Origin: a virus | Lineage: Duplodnaviria > Caudoviricetes | Virus record (IMG/VR): IMGVR_UViG_2908764845_000006 | Span: 32,001-96,000 of that record | Reading direction: 5' to 3' (one strand) | DNA length: 64,000 nt | Shown: one piece after another, positions 57,157 through 64,000 of the stretch | Numbering within the stretch: position 1 is the first letter of the stretch | Layout of the letters: the number at the start of each line of letters is the position of its first letter | The notes under the pieces: model-generated | The model's input: only the letters and a program-made list of their open reading frames with translations | Told to the model about the DNA's origin: nothing | The model's database searches: none | Position numbers and translations under genes: made by a program

Positions 57157-57183
57157 CCAAGTCCCCCGAGCAGTGGCTCGCTT

Positions 57184-57366
57184 TTGGCGCTGGCGGCCAA
57201 CTTCCTCAGCGCCGCGCGTCTCAGCGGCGAAGAGCGGCGGCAAGCCCAGTCGATTGCCGCCGGCCTGCAGGAGCGCGCCCAGCACAGTCGCGAGCGTGCC
57301 GCGCAGGCCCCCAAGACGGAGGGCGTCATCGGCATCGCTGACGCCCTCAAGCGAAGCGCGAAGTAA
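57184..57366 (+). CDS. Hypothetical protein (start uncertain)
   Basis: TTG-start ORF; may be frameshifted from ATG 57153. Confidence 0.35.
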   Translation: MALAANFLSAARLSGEERRQAQSIAAGLQERAQHSRERAAQAPKTEGVIGIADALKRSAK

Positions 57367-57380
57367 CAGAGGAGATCATC

Positions 57381-57596
57381 GTGCGCTTCTATCAAGTCCA
57401 CCGTCTCGCCGAAGGCGGCCAGAGCGCCGGCTACGAATACTTCACCAGTAAGCGGGCCGCCGATCGGGCCGTCTCGGATTGGAGGGACGACGATCTCGAA
57501 CAGATCGCCAACGTTGAGCCGATCGACATCACGCCGACGAGGGCCGGCATCCTGCTGGCCCTCAATACCTACGCCAACCACGCCGACAACGGCTGA
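57381..57596 (+). CDS. Hypothetical protein
   Basis: GAGGAGA RBS. Confidence 0.6.
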   Translation: MRFYQVHRLAEGGQSAGYEYFTSKRAADRAVSDWRDDDLEQIANVEPIDITPTRAGILLALNTYANHADNG

Positions 57597-57640
57597 CCCC
57601 GGCCCGTTCGCAGCGGGCTTCAACAAGGAGACCAAAGACC

Positions 57641-58186
57641 ATGACGACACGTAAGCAGATGCTCGGTCGCGATCTCGCGACCACCCTCGACGGGATCACC
57701 CCTCCGCAGGAGCAGTTCATCGGGGCGGAGCAGAAGCGGCTCTACGAGCAGGAGGAGAAGCGCAACGACGCCATCAACGCCTGCGCCAAGGAGTGGGCTC
57801 GCATCTTCAAGGTCGACGGCGCCGACCTGTGGACCCGGACGATGCCGCAGGCGCTGTTCGACACGCTGGAGGGCTTCTCGCCGCAATGCGCCATCGTGGC
57901 GGCCGAGGCGTTCCTCAAGCAGTTCGGATGGAAGATCGAGCGGCCGGGCGACGAGACGCGCGCCGACGCCGTGCACGAGGCCCTCACCGGCCTCGTCGAC
58001 GAGGTGGAGAAGCTCTACCACCGCGCACCGCGTGAGAGCGACCTGCCCCATGAGCCCGGCGTCTACGCCGCCAACATGCCGGACAGTCAACGGTGGTCCT
58101 GCCCGTACCACCCGAACGAGATCGCCGAGCACATCCGCTCGAAGATCGACGGCATCGTCGAGATCGCGGTCAATCCCGCTCGCTGA
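57641..58186 (+). CDS. Hypothetical protein
   Basis: Full leader. Confidence 0.7.
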   Translation: MTTRKQMLGRDLATTLDGITPPQEQFIGAEQKRLYEQEEKRNDAINACAKEWARIFKVDGADLWTRTMPQALFDTLEGFSPQCAIVAAEAFLKQFGWKIERPGDETRADAVHEALTGLVDEVEKLYHRAPRESDLPHEPGVYAANMPDSQRWSCPYHPNEIAEHIRSKIDGIVEIAVNPAR

Positions 58187-58315
58187 AATAAAGGTGGGGC
58201 TGGAGTTCGCAGCTCCAGCCCCGGCTCAAGGGAGGTAAACCGCCAAGGAGACCATCCACGGGGTCCATCAACCAAGAGCATCCACATCACCTAACACAAA
58301 CAAGGAGACCTTCAA

Positions 58316-58599
58316 GTGACCAACACCGAAACGGTGCAAGAACAGCTGGGGATACTGTCTGGGTCCTCGTCATTGACACCCGGCACGGAACCGACGTGGA
58401 GACCTTCAAGACAAGGGAGGCCGCGGACAAGCACCTCTACGACTATTGCGACGAGTGGTGGGATCGCGAGTTCGGCGCCGCCAGCCGGCCATCGGACGAC
58501 AATCTGGTCGAAGCCTACTGGAATCGCATGAGCGACGAGGGCGAGGAGTGGTACGTGCTGGAGGAATGTAAAGTGAAGAGCCTCGAGGTCACCGAGTAG
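58316..58599 (+). pseudogene. Acidic small protein gene with an apparent frameshift in a G run near 58350
   Basis: RBS+GTG frame differs from the coding-like frame TVWVLVIDTRHG...EVTE*. Confidence 0.45.
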
Positions 58600-58749
58600 G
58601 ACCTCGCAAAGGAATTGGGCGCGGCGACTTCGCAGGTCGCCACGCCCAATCATAAGCGCCTGCCGATCCCAAGGAGACCATCCCCACGACCGGCGTCGCT
58701 TTCAAATGCAACATAAGGAGGAGCAATTGAGATTGCTATACGCGAAACG

Positions 58750-59130
58750 ATGACAGTTCGGTCCTACACGATCCTGGAAATGCTGGGCGCCGTGCGACGG
58801 CTCCCAGCGCAGATGCCCGAGTCGGACACCCTTCCGACCGGCGGTTATCAGACCCACCAGCAGCACTGGGTCACATGGCTAAGCGAGTACGACGGTCCCG
58901 GTGGATACGGCCGGAACAGCTGGGATGTTGACGCGAGGTCGGTCTACGCGCGCCTCTGCAACGCCTACATGATCGTCTATCTCAACGAGGCGGCCGGCGC
59001 CGATCCGGCCGCGATCCGGCAGACGATCCGGGAGATATTCGCGAAGGGCAACAATCGCGCCCAGACCGAAGCCAAGATCGCCCGCGAGCGCCATCCATGG
59101 GACGGGCTGACCAAACTACTGTTCCGATAG
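58750..59130 (+). CDS. Hypothetical protein
   Basis: QQHWVTWLSEYDGPGGYGR motif; lacks the island RBS at its start. Confidence 0.65.
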   Translation: MTVRSYTILEMLGAVRRLPAQMPESDTLPTGGYQTHQQHWVTWLSEYDGPGGYGRNSWDVDARSVYARLCNAYMIVYLNEAAGADPAAIRQTIREIFAKGNNRAQTEAKIARERHPWDGLTKLLFR

Positions 59131-59137
59131 CATTCCG

Positions 59138-59179
59138 AAAAAGGCCAAGGGCCCCGGCGGGTTAGTCCCTGCCGGGGTC
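59138..59179. terminator. Hairpin between convergent genes
   Basis: GGCCCCGGCGGG...CCCTGCCGGGGTC with an A run on the left. Confidence 0.5.
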
Positions 59180-59570
59180 ACTCCCGACCGGTGACGGCGT
59201 CCAGCCAGTGCCAGTCGCGACACGGAACCACCTTCCTTGAGGCGGCTGGGTCCGCCGTCTTTCGCCTCCTCACCATCAGACCCCGCGGACGCCGCCCGCT
59301 CGGCTTCGCGTTTAGCTCCGGAACGATCTCGCGGATCAGTTCCGCCTCGCGCTCCCTCAGCTCTGACGGATCGCATTCGAGCAGGATTTCCAACGTCGGA
59401 TACCCCCATTCATCGAAGGCCCGCTGAACGTCGCGCGTATGCCGACCTTCGCGCATGTCCTTACGATGCAGTGAGAATCTCGTCCCGACGTTCGTAGAAC
59501 ATCCAATGTACCGCGCCCCTCCCCTGAACCGCAGCAAGTAGACCCCGCAAACGACCGTCTCGCGCGCCAT
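59178..59570 (-). CDS. GIY-YIG endonuclease
   Basis: CGVYLL...YIGCS...R...H, REAELI...N. Confidence 0.8.
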   Translation of the reverse strand: MARETVVCGVYLLRFRGGARYIGCSTNVGTRFSLHRKDMREGRHTRDVQRAFDEWGYPTLEILLECDPSELREREAELIREIVPELNAKPSGRRPRGLMVRRRKTADPAASRKVVPCRDWHWLDAVTGRE

Positions 59571-59647
59571 GTTTTTTTGCTCTTCCGTAGGTATTTAGGT
59601 ATTCCAAAAAGAGGTATCTCGGTATAGGTAAGCATTGCTTACCTATA

Positions 59648-59925
59648 TGGCCGTTTTAAGGGCCGTACAGGGCCCCGGGGCCGGGCCCGGCCCCTTGGTA
59701 GCACCGGGCCTGTTTTAACGCGCCCTTGCCTGCCCTCCCGGCCACGGTTCCGGGGCCCTAAAGTAAGGCTAGCTGCCATTCCGGGGCCCGGCCCCCGGGG
59801 CCGGTTCCTGCCCGGTTCCATAGGGGCCCGGGGGCCGGTTCCCTGCCCGTTTCCGGGCCCTGCCCGGGCCCCCTACGGGGGCCGGGGGCCGGTCCGGTTC
59901 TGCCAATGCTTCCCGGCCCTGTACC
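59648..59925. repeat. GGGCCC/CCCGGG-rich tract (right)
   Basis: Shares GGGCCCTGCCCGGG and CCGGGGGCCGGTTCCCT with the left tract. Confidence 0.8.
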
Positions 59926-60068
59926 GTGATTCCATACCGCCGATATTTGGCGATGTGCACCAATCCCCGACGACACAGGTCCGAGCCGACGCGAAGGCCC
60001 ATCGCGATGGTGGCGCCTTCCGGCAGCAACAGCGTGAGGAAGCGACGCTCGCGCGGTGTCAGCTTCAT
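59769..60068 (-). CDS. Small wHTH-like protein running into the GC tract
   Basis: MKLTPRER...LCRRGLV...YGITVQGREAL. Confidence 0.45.
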   Translation of the reverse strand: MKLTPRERRFLTLLLPEGATIAMGLRVGSDLCRRGLVHIAKYRRYGITVQGREALAEPDRPPAPVGGPGRARKRAGNRPPGPYGTGQEPAPGAGPRNGS

Positions 60069-60322
60069 CCGATCCCTCCCGCCGCTTCGATTGCACTCCG
60101 CTTGAGACGATCCCAGACGCGCCACCAACGCGCGTCGAAGTGGACGCCGGCCTCGGGGCCGTATCGCCGCCACTGACGACGCAGCCGGCCCCAGACGCGG
60201 CGCTGGGCCAGCGGGACCGCCTTCCAGTGTTTGCCGCAGATCCACTGCACGTCGACACCGTTTCGACCTGGCTTCGTTGTGCGCCGGCAGAACGGCACAA
60301 GGCATCGCACCCGATCCGTCAT
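60065..60322 (-). CDS. Cys/His hypothetical protein
   Basis: CLVPFCRR...WICGKHW. Confidence 0.6.
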   Translation of the reverse strand: MTDRVRCLVPFCRRTTKPGRNGVDVQWICGKHWKAVPLAQRRVWGRLRRQWRRYGPEAGVHFDARWWRVWDRLKRSAIEAAGGIG

Positions 60323-60573
60323 GGCACGATGCCCTCCGCGATCAGCCGCTCGCGCACCTGCGGCCAGGACCAACCCTGCGGATGGCCGCGCCGGTGCCAG
60401 TTCGCGTAGGAGAGCTGCAGCTCCCGGTTGACGCGGACGCCGTACCAGCGCCGCTTCTGCTCCTTGACGCAGGTCTTGCAGCGGAGGCGGATGCCGCCGC
60501 GGGTCTCGCGGCAGCGTTCCTCGCGAACGTGGTCACCGATCAGCGGATGGCCCTTGCGACACATTGCCGGCAT
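60319..60573 (-). CDS. Small Zn-binding protein
   Basis: CRKGH...RCKTC. Confidence 0.55.
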   Translation of the reverse strand: MPAMCRKGHPLIGDHVREERCRETRGGIRLRCKTCVKEQKRRWYGVRVNRELQLSYANWHRRGHPQGWSWPQVRERLIAEGIVP

Positions 60574-60815
60574 CAGCTGATGACCCATTCCGCGCCGGTC
60601 CAGATGATGCGGACCATCTCGGTCGGCAGCATCGCGCCCGGGTCGCCCGGCAATGGCCCCCACCCGATGATGTAGCGCCACTCGCCGACAACCGGGATGC
60701 GAGCCATGTCGACTGACCGCATCTCGTAGGTCACGGCGCGCTCACCGCTGTTGAGCGCCTTGATCTGATCGGCTGCGGTGATGGCGTCGCCGACACGCTC
60801 CAACAGCGTTGTCAT
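60573..60815 (-). CDS. Hypothetical protein
   Basis: AAGGAGA RBS. Confidence 0.55.
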   Translation of the reverse strand: MTTLLERVGDAITAADQIKALNSGERAVTYEMRSVDMARIPVVGEWRYIIGWGPLPGDPGAMLPTEMVRIIWTGAEWVIS

Positions 60816-61525
60816 GCCACGCTCTCCTTCCACGCCTTCACGCACTCCGGCACGATCGGCTCGATCAGCTGCAGCATCGCCTCGGCATAGACCCGGATCT
60901 CGTATTGAGAATGCGAGTGATGGCGCAGCGTGAGGAACTTCATCAGGTTCAGCAGGTCAACGCTCGCGAACTGGTGCGAGTATGTCGCGAACGGGAGAAT
61001 GATCCGCGCGAGCTCGCGCGGCATCCCCTCGGCCAGGTGCTTGCGGTAGAGCGCGAAGCCTTGCTCCATGTAGGAGCGCTGCTCATCCTCCCAGCGCAGA
61101 AATTTTTGCCACTCCTCCGCCGAATACCCGTCGACGCCACCGATGTCGCGGACCTGCTTGTTCACCTTGCTCTGCGTGCCGTAATGCTCCGGCTTCGGCA
61201 CATAGAACTCCTCGGGGAGCTCGGTGTACCGGGCGGACACTTCGTTGTATGCCCACGTGCGATGCCGGTGCCATTGCCGGAACACGAAGATCGGCGCCTT
61301 CACCTCGAAGGTGAACGTCACCGCCTCGAACGGCGAGGTGTGGTGGTTGCGCCAGAGATAGCGGATCAGCCGATGGTCACTGCCGGTGTCCTCGCCGGCG
61401 CGCCATGCCGCGTCGTAAGACACGCGGGCGGCGCGGACCACGGACAGGTCGCTGCCCATGCTGTCGACCAGGCGCGCGTAGCCATGGTCGAGGACGTCGA
61501 TCTTATTGGACGGATTGTCGTTCAC
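60812..61525 (-). CDS. thyX: Flavin-dependent thymidylate synthase
   Basis: RHRTWAYNEVSARY (RHRx7SxR), AARVSY, HTSPFE, ELARIILP; AAGGAGACC RBS, GTG start. Confidence 0.93.
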   Translation of the reverse strand: MNDNPSNKIDVLDHGYARLVDSMGSDLSVVRAARVSYDAAWRAGEDTGSDHRLIRYLWRNHHTSPFEAVTFTFEVKAPIFVFRQWHRHRTWAYNEVSARYTELPEEFYVPKPEHYGTQSKVNKQVRDIGGVDGYSAEEWQKFLRWEDEQRSYMEQGFALYRKHLAEGMPRELARIILPFATYSHQFASVDLLNLMKFLTLRHHSHSQYEIRVYAEAMLQLIEPIVPECVKAWKESVA

Positions 61526-61781
61526 TGTTGGTCTCCTTGGTTTTGGTCTTGCCAAACTGGCCGTGCGAAGCGCCCCGTTTGGCAGGTTCTGCGTATTCGA
61601 GAGTGGTCCAGCGGAAGCCGCAGCCGAGACATTCCCGGCGGCGGCGCATCGTGCGGGTCCGCGTCGAGCGTCCATTGACGAGGACGTGCGAATGGATCAC
61701 GCGAGATTCGATGACGCGGGACGGGACCAGCTTGCGCGGTCCCGGCTTGCTCGGCTTGCAGCGCATGCAGATGATCGACAT
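61503..61781 (-). CDS. NrdR N-terminal-like Zn-ribbon protein
   Basis: CMRC...SRVIESR...RRRRECLGCGFRWTTLE; no ATP-cone. Confidence 0.65.
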   Translation of the reverse strand: MSIICMRCKPSKPGPRKLVPSRVIESRVIHSHVLVNGRSTRTRTMRRRRECLGCGFRWTTLEYAEPAKRGASHGQFGKTKTKETNSERQSVQ

Positions 61782-62146
61782 CAGAAGTCGCTCTGCTCCG
61801 CCTCCTCGGCCTCAATCCGAGTGATCGCCCACTTGAGATAGTTGGCGAGGTCGAGCGCCTCCTCGTAGGCGTGCTGCAGCCGGCCGCGGAGCGAGAAGTT
61901 CGGCTGCTCGCCGAGCGTCTTGCCGTACTTGGCGATGCCGAGCTGGGAGCGCTGCAGCAGGTCGGTGCGGACCGCGTCGATGACGCTGTCGCGCCGCGCC
62001 TCGACGTGACCGCACTCGTTGCGAACCAGCACGCCGTCGACGACGATGGTGAGCGGGAGATTGTAGGAGTTCTCACGCTCTTTGATGATGCGGCCGTTCT
62101 CGATGACGAGGTCGGCGCTGTTGTATAGTTGGGTATTGCCTCTCAT
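61781..62146 (-). CDS. All-alpha NTP-pyrophosphohydrolase-like protein
   Basis: RSQLGIAKYG...LQHAYEEALDLANYL; AAGGAGACC RBS. Confidence 0.5.
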   Translation of the reverse strand: MRGNTQLYNSADLVIENGRIIKERENSYNLPLTIVVDGVLVRNECGHVEARRDSVIDAVRTDLLQRSQLGIAKYGKTLGEQPNFSLRGRLQHAYEEALDLANYLKWAITRIEAEEAEQSDF

Positions 62147-62240
62147 TCTGGTCTCCTTGGGGTTAGACGTTGATCGGGCCGTTCGCGATCGCCCGGGCCC
62201 ATCTCGGGTCGGTGTCGCGACAGCTGGGCCGCCCGCGCTT

Positions 62241-62453
62241 CTCGGGCCTGCGAAGCCCGAGGACGGAGGCGGAGGTGGCGGCATAGCGGGGGTGCAATCC
62301 CTCCGCCCTGCATGCTTCAGCGGAGGCCGCTGGCCCCTGCTCCATGTGGATCGCGACGAGCTCGAGCTCGCGCTTGAGCGAGACCTTGCGGCGTCGATTG
62401 TGTCCGGTCTGGACCATGATCGGTCTCCTTGTGCTGCCCTGCTGCGAACAGGG
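62241..62453 (-). repeat. Two minus-strand copies of the TTCGCAG hairpin
   Basis: CTCGGGC-TTCGCAG-GCCCGAG (62241-62261) and CCCTG-TTCGCAG-CAGGG (62437-62453), each upstream of AAGGAGACC. Confidence 0.8.
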
Positions 62454-62467
62454 GGTTGGGTGAGGCG

Positions 62468-63154
62468 TTAGCGGGGATCTCCCTTGATCTCGATGGCGCC
62501 AATCGGCCCACCTGGCTGGTCGTCATCGAATACGCCGACGACCAGCCGGCCAGTGTGATAGGCGCGGGTGTCGAGGTTGGTGCGGCCCTTGAAGAGCTTG
62601 GGGCCGTCCTCGAAGTAATCGTGGCCGTGCACGACGTGGAGGTCGCGATAGCCGTCCTCGGCGCCAACCGGATAGCGCGACCAGAGCAGCAACTCGGTGC
62701 CCTGCTGCTCCAGCGGCACGCCCTGCTTGACGTAGGCGTGCACGAACACGCGGTGCGCGTCGACGTGATACAGCGGCAGCTGGTCCATCCAGTCGATGTG
62801 CGCCTCCGGTACGACGGTCGGGTCGTAGTCGCCGTACCTCACATGACCGTACGACATCAGCGTGGTGCCGCCGCCATTGGTGATCCACCAGTTGTGATCC
62901 AGCGGCTTGCGCAGGGTCTGGACCATCATGTCCTCGTGGTTGCCCTTGAGGCAGATGAATGGCAGGCCGCGCGCCTGCGCCTCCATCAGCGTCTCGATGA
63001 TGCCTTTGCTCTGCGGGCCACGGTCGATGTAGTCGCCGAGCGTGATGATCTTGTGCTTCACGCCCTTGGCGTGGGCCTTGATGGACCACAGGGCGCGCTC
63101 GAGAAGATCGTAGCGGCCGTGCAGGTCCGCGATTGCATAGGTCCTTGACGTCAT
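62468..63154 (-). CDS. Metallophosphoesterase (lambda NinI/PPP-type phosphatase)
   Basis: DLHG, GDYIDRG, GNHE, FVHA, VHGH and NLDT. Confidence 0.88.
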   Translation of the reverse strand: MTSRTYAIADLHGRYDLLERALWSIKAHAKGVKHKIITLGDYIDRGPQSKGIIETLMEAQARGLPFICLKGNHEDMMVQTLRKPLDHNWWITNGGGTTLMSYGHVRYGDYDPTVVPEAHIDWMDQLPLYHVDAHRVFVHAYVKQGVPLEQQGTELLLWSRYPVGAEDGYRDLHVVHGHDYFEDGPKLFKGRTNLDTRAYHTGRLVVGVFDDDQPGGPIGAIEIKGDPR

Positions 63155-63155
63155 T

Positions 63156-63608
63156 TCAACCCCTCACCCGAACACGATCGCGGCGCAGGCCGCGCGAGAT
63201 GATCTTGAGGCCGTACAGCACCCATTGCGGGATTTCAGCCTCGTCGATGGAATAGGTCTTGGCGGCCCAGAAGCCGACGGACTGGGCCACGTCGTCCGGC
63301 TCGTGCTTGAAGTAGCGCGGCATCCAGCCGAGCGCCTCCTCGCACAACTCGATCTCGATGCCGGACGGCGGGATGCGCTGGCGGTTCTGCTCGCGCTCCC
63401 ATGCCTCCAGCTGCCCAGCCTCCTGCAGCTCGCGCTTGAACGCGAACAGCTCCGCCGCCGTCATCGCCTCGAAGCGCGGCCAGGCCGTGCCGAACTGCTT
63501 CGGCCAGATCCGCATCGGCGTGCGGCGCACGACCGAGGCGGCCTCGATCAACCGGCTGCCAACCAGACCATAATGCCAGACCCGCTCATGAAGGTTCAGG
63601 TTCACCAT
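63156..63608 (-). CDS. Hypothetical protein (DUF6362-like)
   Basis: RLIEAA...AWP...PPSGIEIELCEEALGW. Confidence 0.5.
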   Translation of the reverse strand: MVNLNLHERVWHYGLVGSRLIEAASVVRRTPMRIWPKQFGTAWPRFEAMTAAELFAFKRELQEAGQLEAWEREQNRQRIPPSGIEIELCEEALGWMPRYFKHEPDDVAQSVGFWAAKTYSIDEAEIPQWVLYGLKIISRGLRRDRVRVRG

Positions 63609-64000
63609 CACTCGCTCGCTCCCTCCAGCTCCGGCTCGCCGACGCTCTGCCCGGTCTCCTGCCCGGGCACGGGCTCCATCAGCTCCATCTCCGGCTCGAC
63701 CAGCGGCGCATCGTCGCCGTCGAACTGCTCCCAATTGGTTTCGTTCTGATCGACCGGATCGCCCTCGTCGACCGGCGCCGCCTGCGGCGCGGTCTCCTGC
63801 TCGGGTGCCGCGATCATGCGCGCCTCGCCGCGAACCCGCTTGCCGGTGATCCAGACCCACGGATTGTCGCGACCGATCACGCCGGAGCGGATCAGGAAGT
63901 CGTTGGCGCGCTGCAGCGCCTTCTTGACGGCGTCCTCGCTGTCATCCTCGGCATAGTATTTCCGGTAGGCGGCGAACCAATAGCTGCGGTTGACGACGCG
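63608..64000 (-). CDS. C-terminus of a larger protein entering from beyond the window (possibly primase/helicase)
   Basis: Open frame ...AVKKALQRANDFLIRSGVIGRDNPWVW... Confidence 0.4.
   Translation of the reverse strand, partial: RVVNRSYWFAAYRKYYAEDDSEDAVKKALQRANDFLIRSGVIGRDNPWVWITGKRVRGEARMIAAPEQETAPQAAPVDEGDPVDQNETNWEQFDGDDAPLVEPEMELMEPVPGQETGQSVGEPELEGASE

Larger units (their letters stand above)
34876..58679 (+). repeat. Dispersed leader repeat: variable-stem hairpin with TTCGCAG loop + AAGGAGACC RBS (about 21 copies)
   Basis: Loops start at 34883 (TTCGCAT), 35878, 37026, 39009, 40338, 40771, 43641, 44261, 46639, 47687, 48023, 49888, 50371, 51467, 52761, 54830, 55727, 56558, 57607, 58206 and 58629. 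Confidence 0.92.

Noticed and set aside
34876-58679. CRISPR array or classical integron as the explanation for the repeated hairpins
   Set aside because: Repeats are not identical, spacing is gene-sized and irregular, there are no cas genes, and no attC-type RYYYAAC/GTTRRRY ends or integron integrase appear in the window

Overview
A GC-rich segment of a large tailed phage or prophage, probably of an alphaproteobacterial host (a perfect CtrA box and an alphaproteobacterial-type initiator tRNA). No host housekeeping genes are visible. From 1 to 14.2 kb (minus strand) lies the virion module: terminase, portal, an SGNH hydrolase, a NUDIX + 2H-phosphoesterase (Acb1-like) + prohead protease/scaffold fusion, major capsid and tail-type proteins. 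From 14.3 to 33 kb (minus strand) are small accessory genes, two tRNAs, several structured non-coding tracts and an intact IS66 with an 8-bp target duplication. From 33 to 34.5 kb is a divergent control region with a GGGCCC-rich tract, a CtrA box and 17-bp palindromes. From 34.5 to 59.1 kb (plus strand) is an island of about 55 mostly small genes, interrupted by a truncated IS1595-family element. About 20 intergenic leaders in it share one design: a hairpin whose stem sequence varies with compensatory pairing around an invariant TTCGCAG loop, followed by an AAGGAGACC ribosome-binding site. From 59.2 to 64 kb (minus strand) are a GIY-YIG nuclease, a second GGGCCC-rich tract, thyX, an NrdR-like Zn ribbon and a metallophosphoesterase. 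The strongest novelty candidates are the TTCGCAG-hairpin leader system and the protease-fused anti-defence polyprotein. All family calls come from motif recognition by eye; no searches were run.
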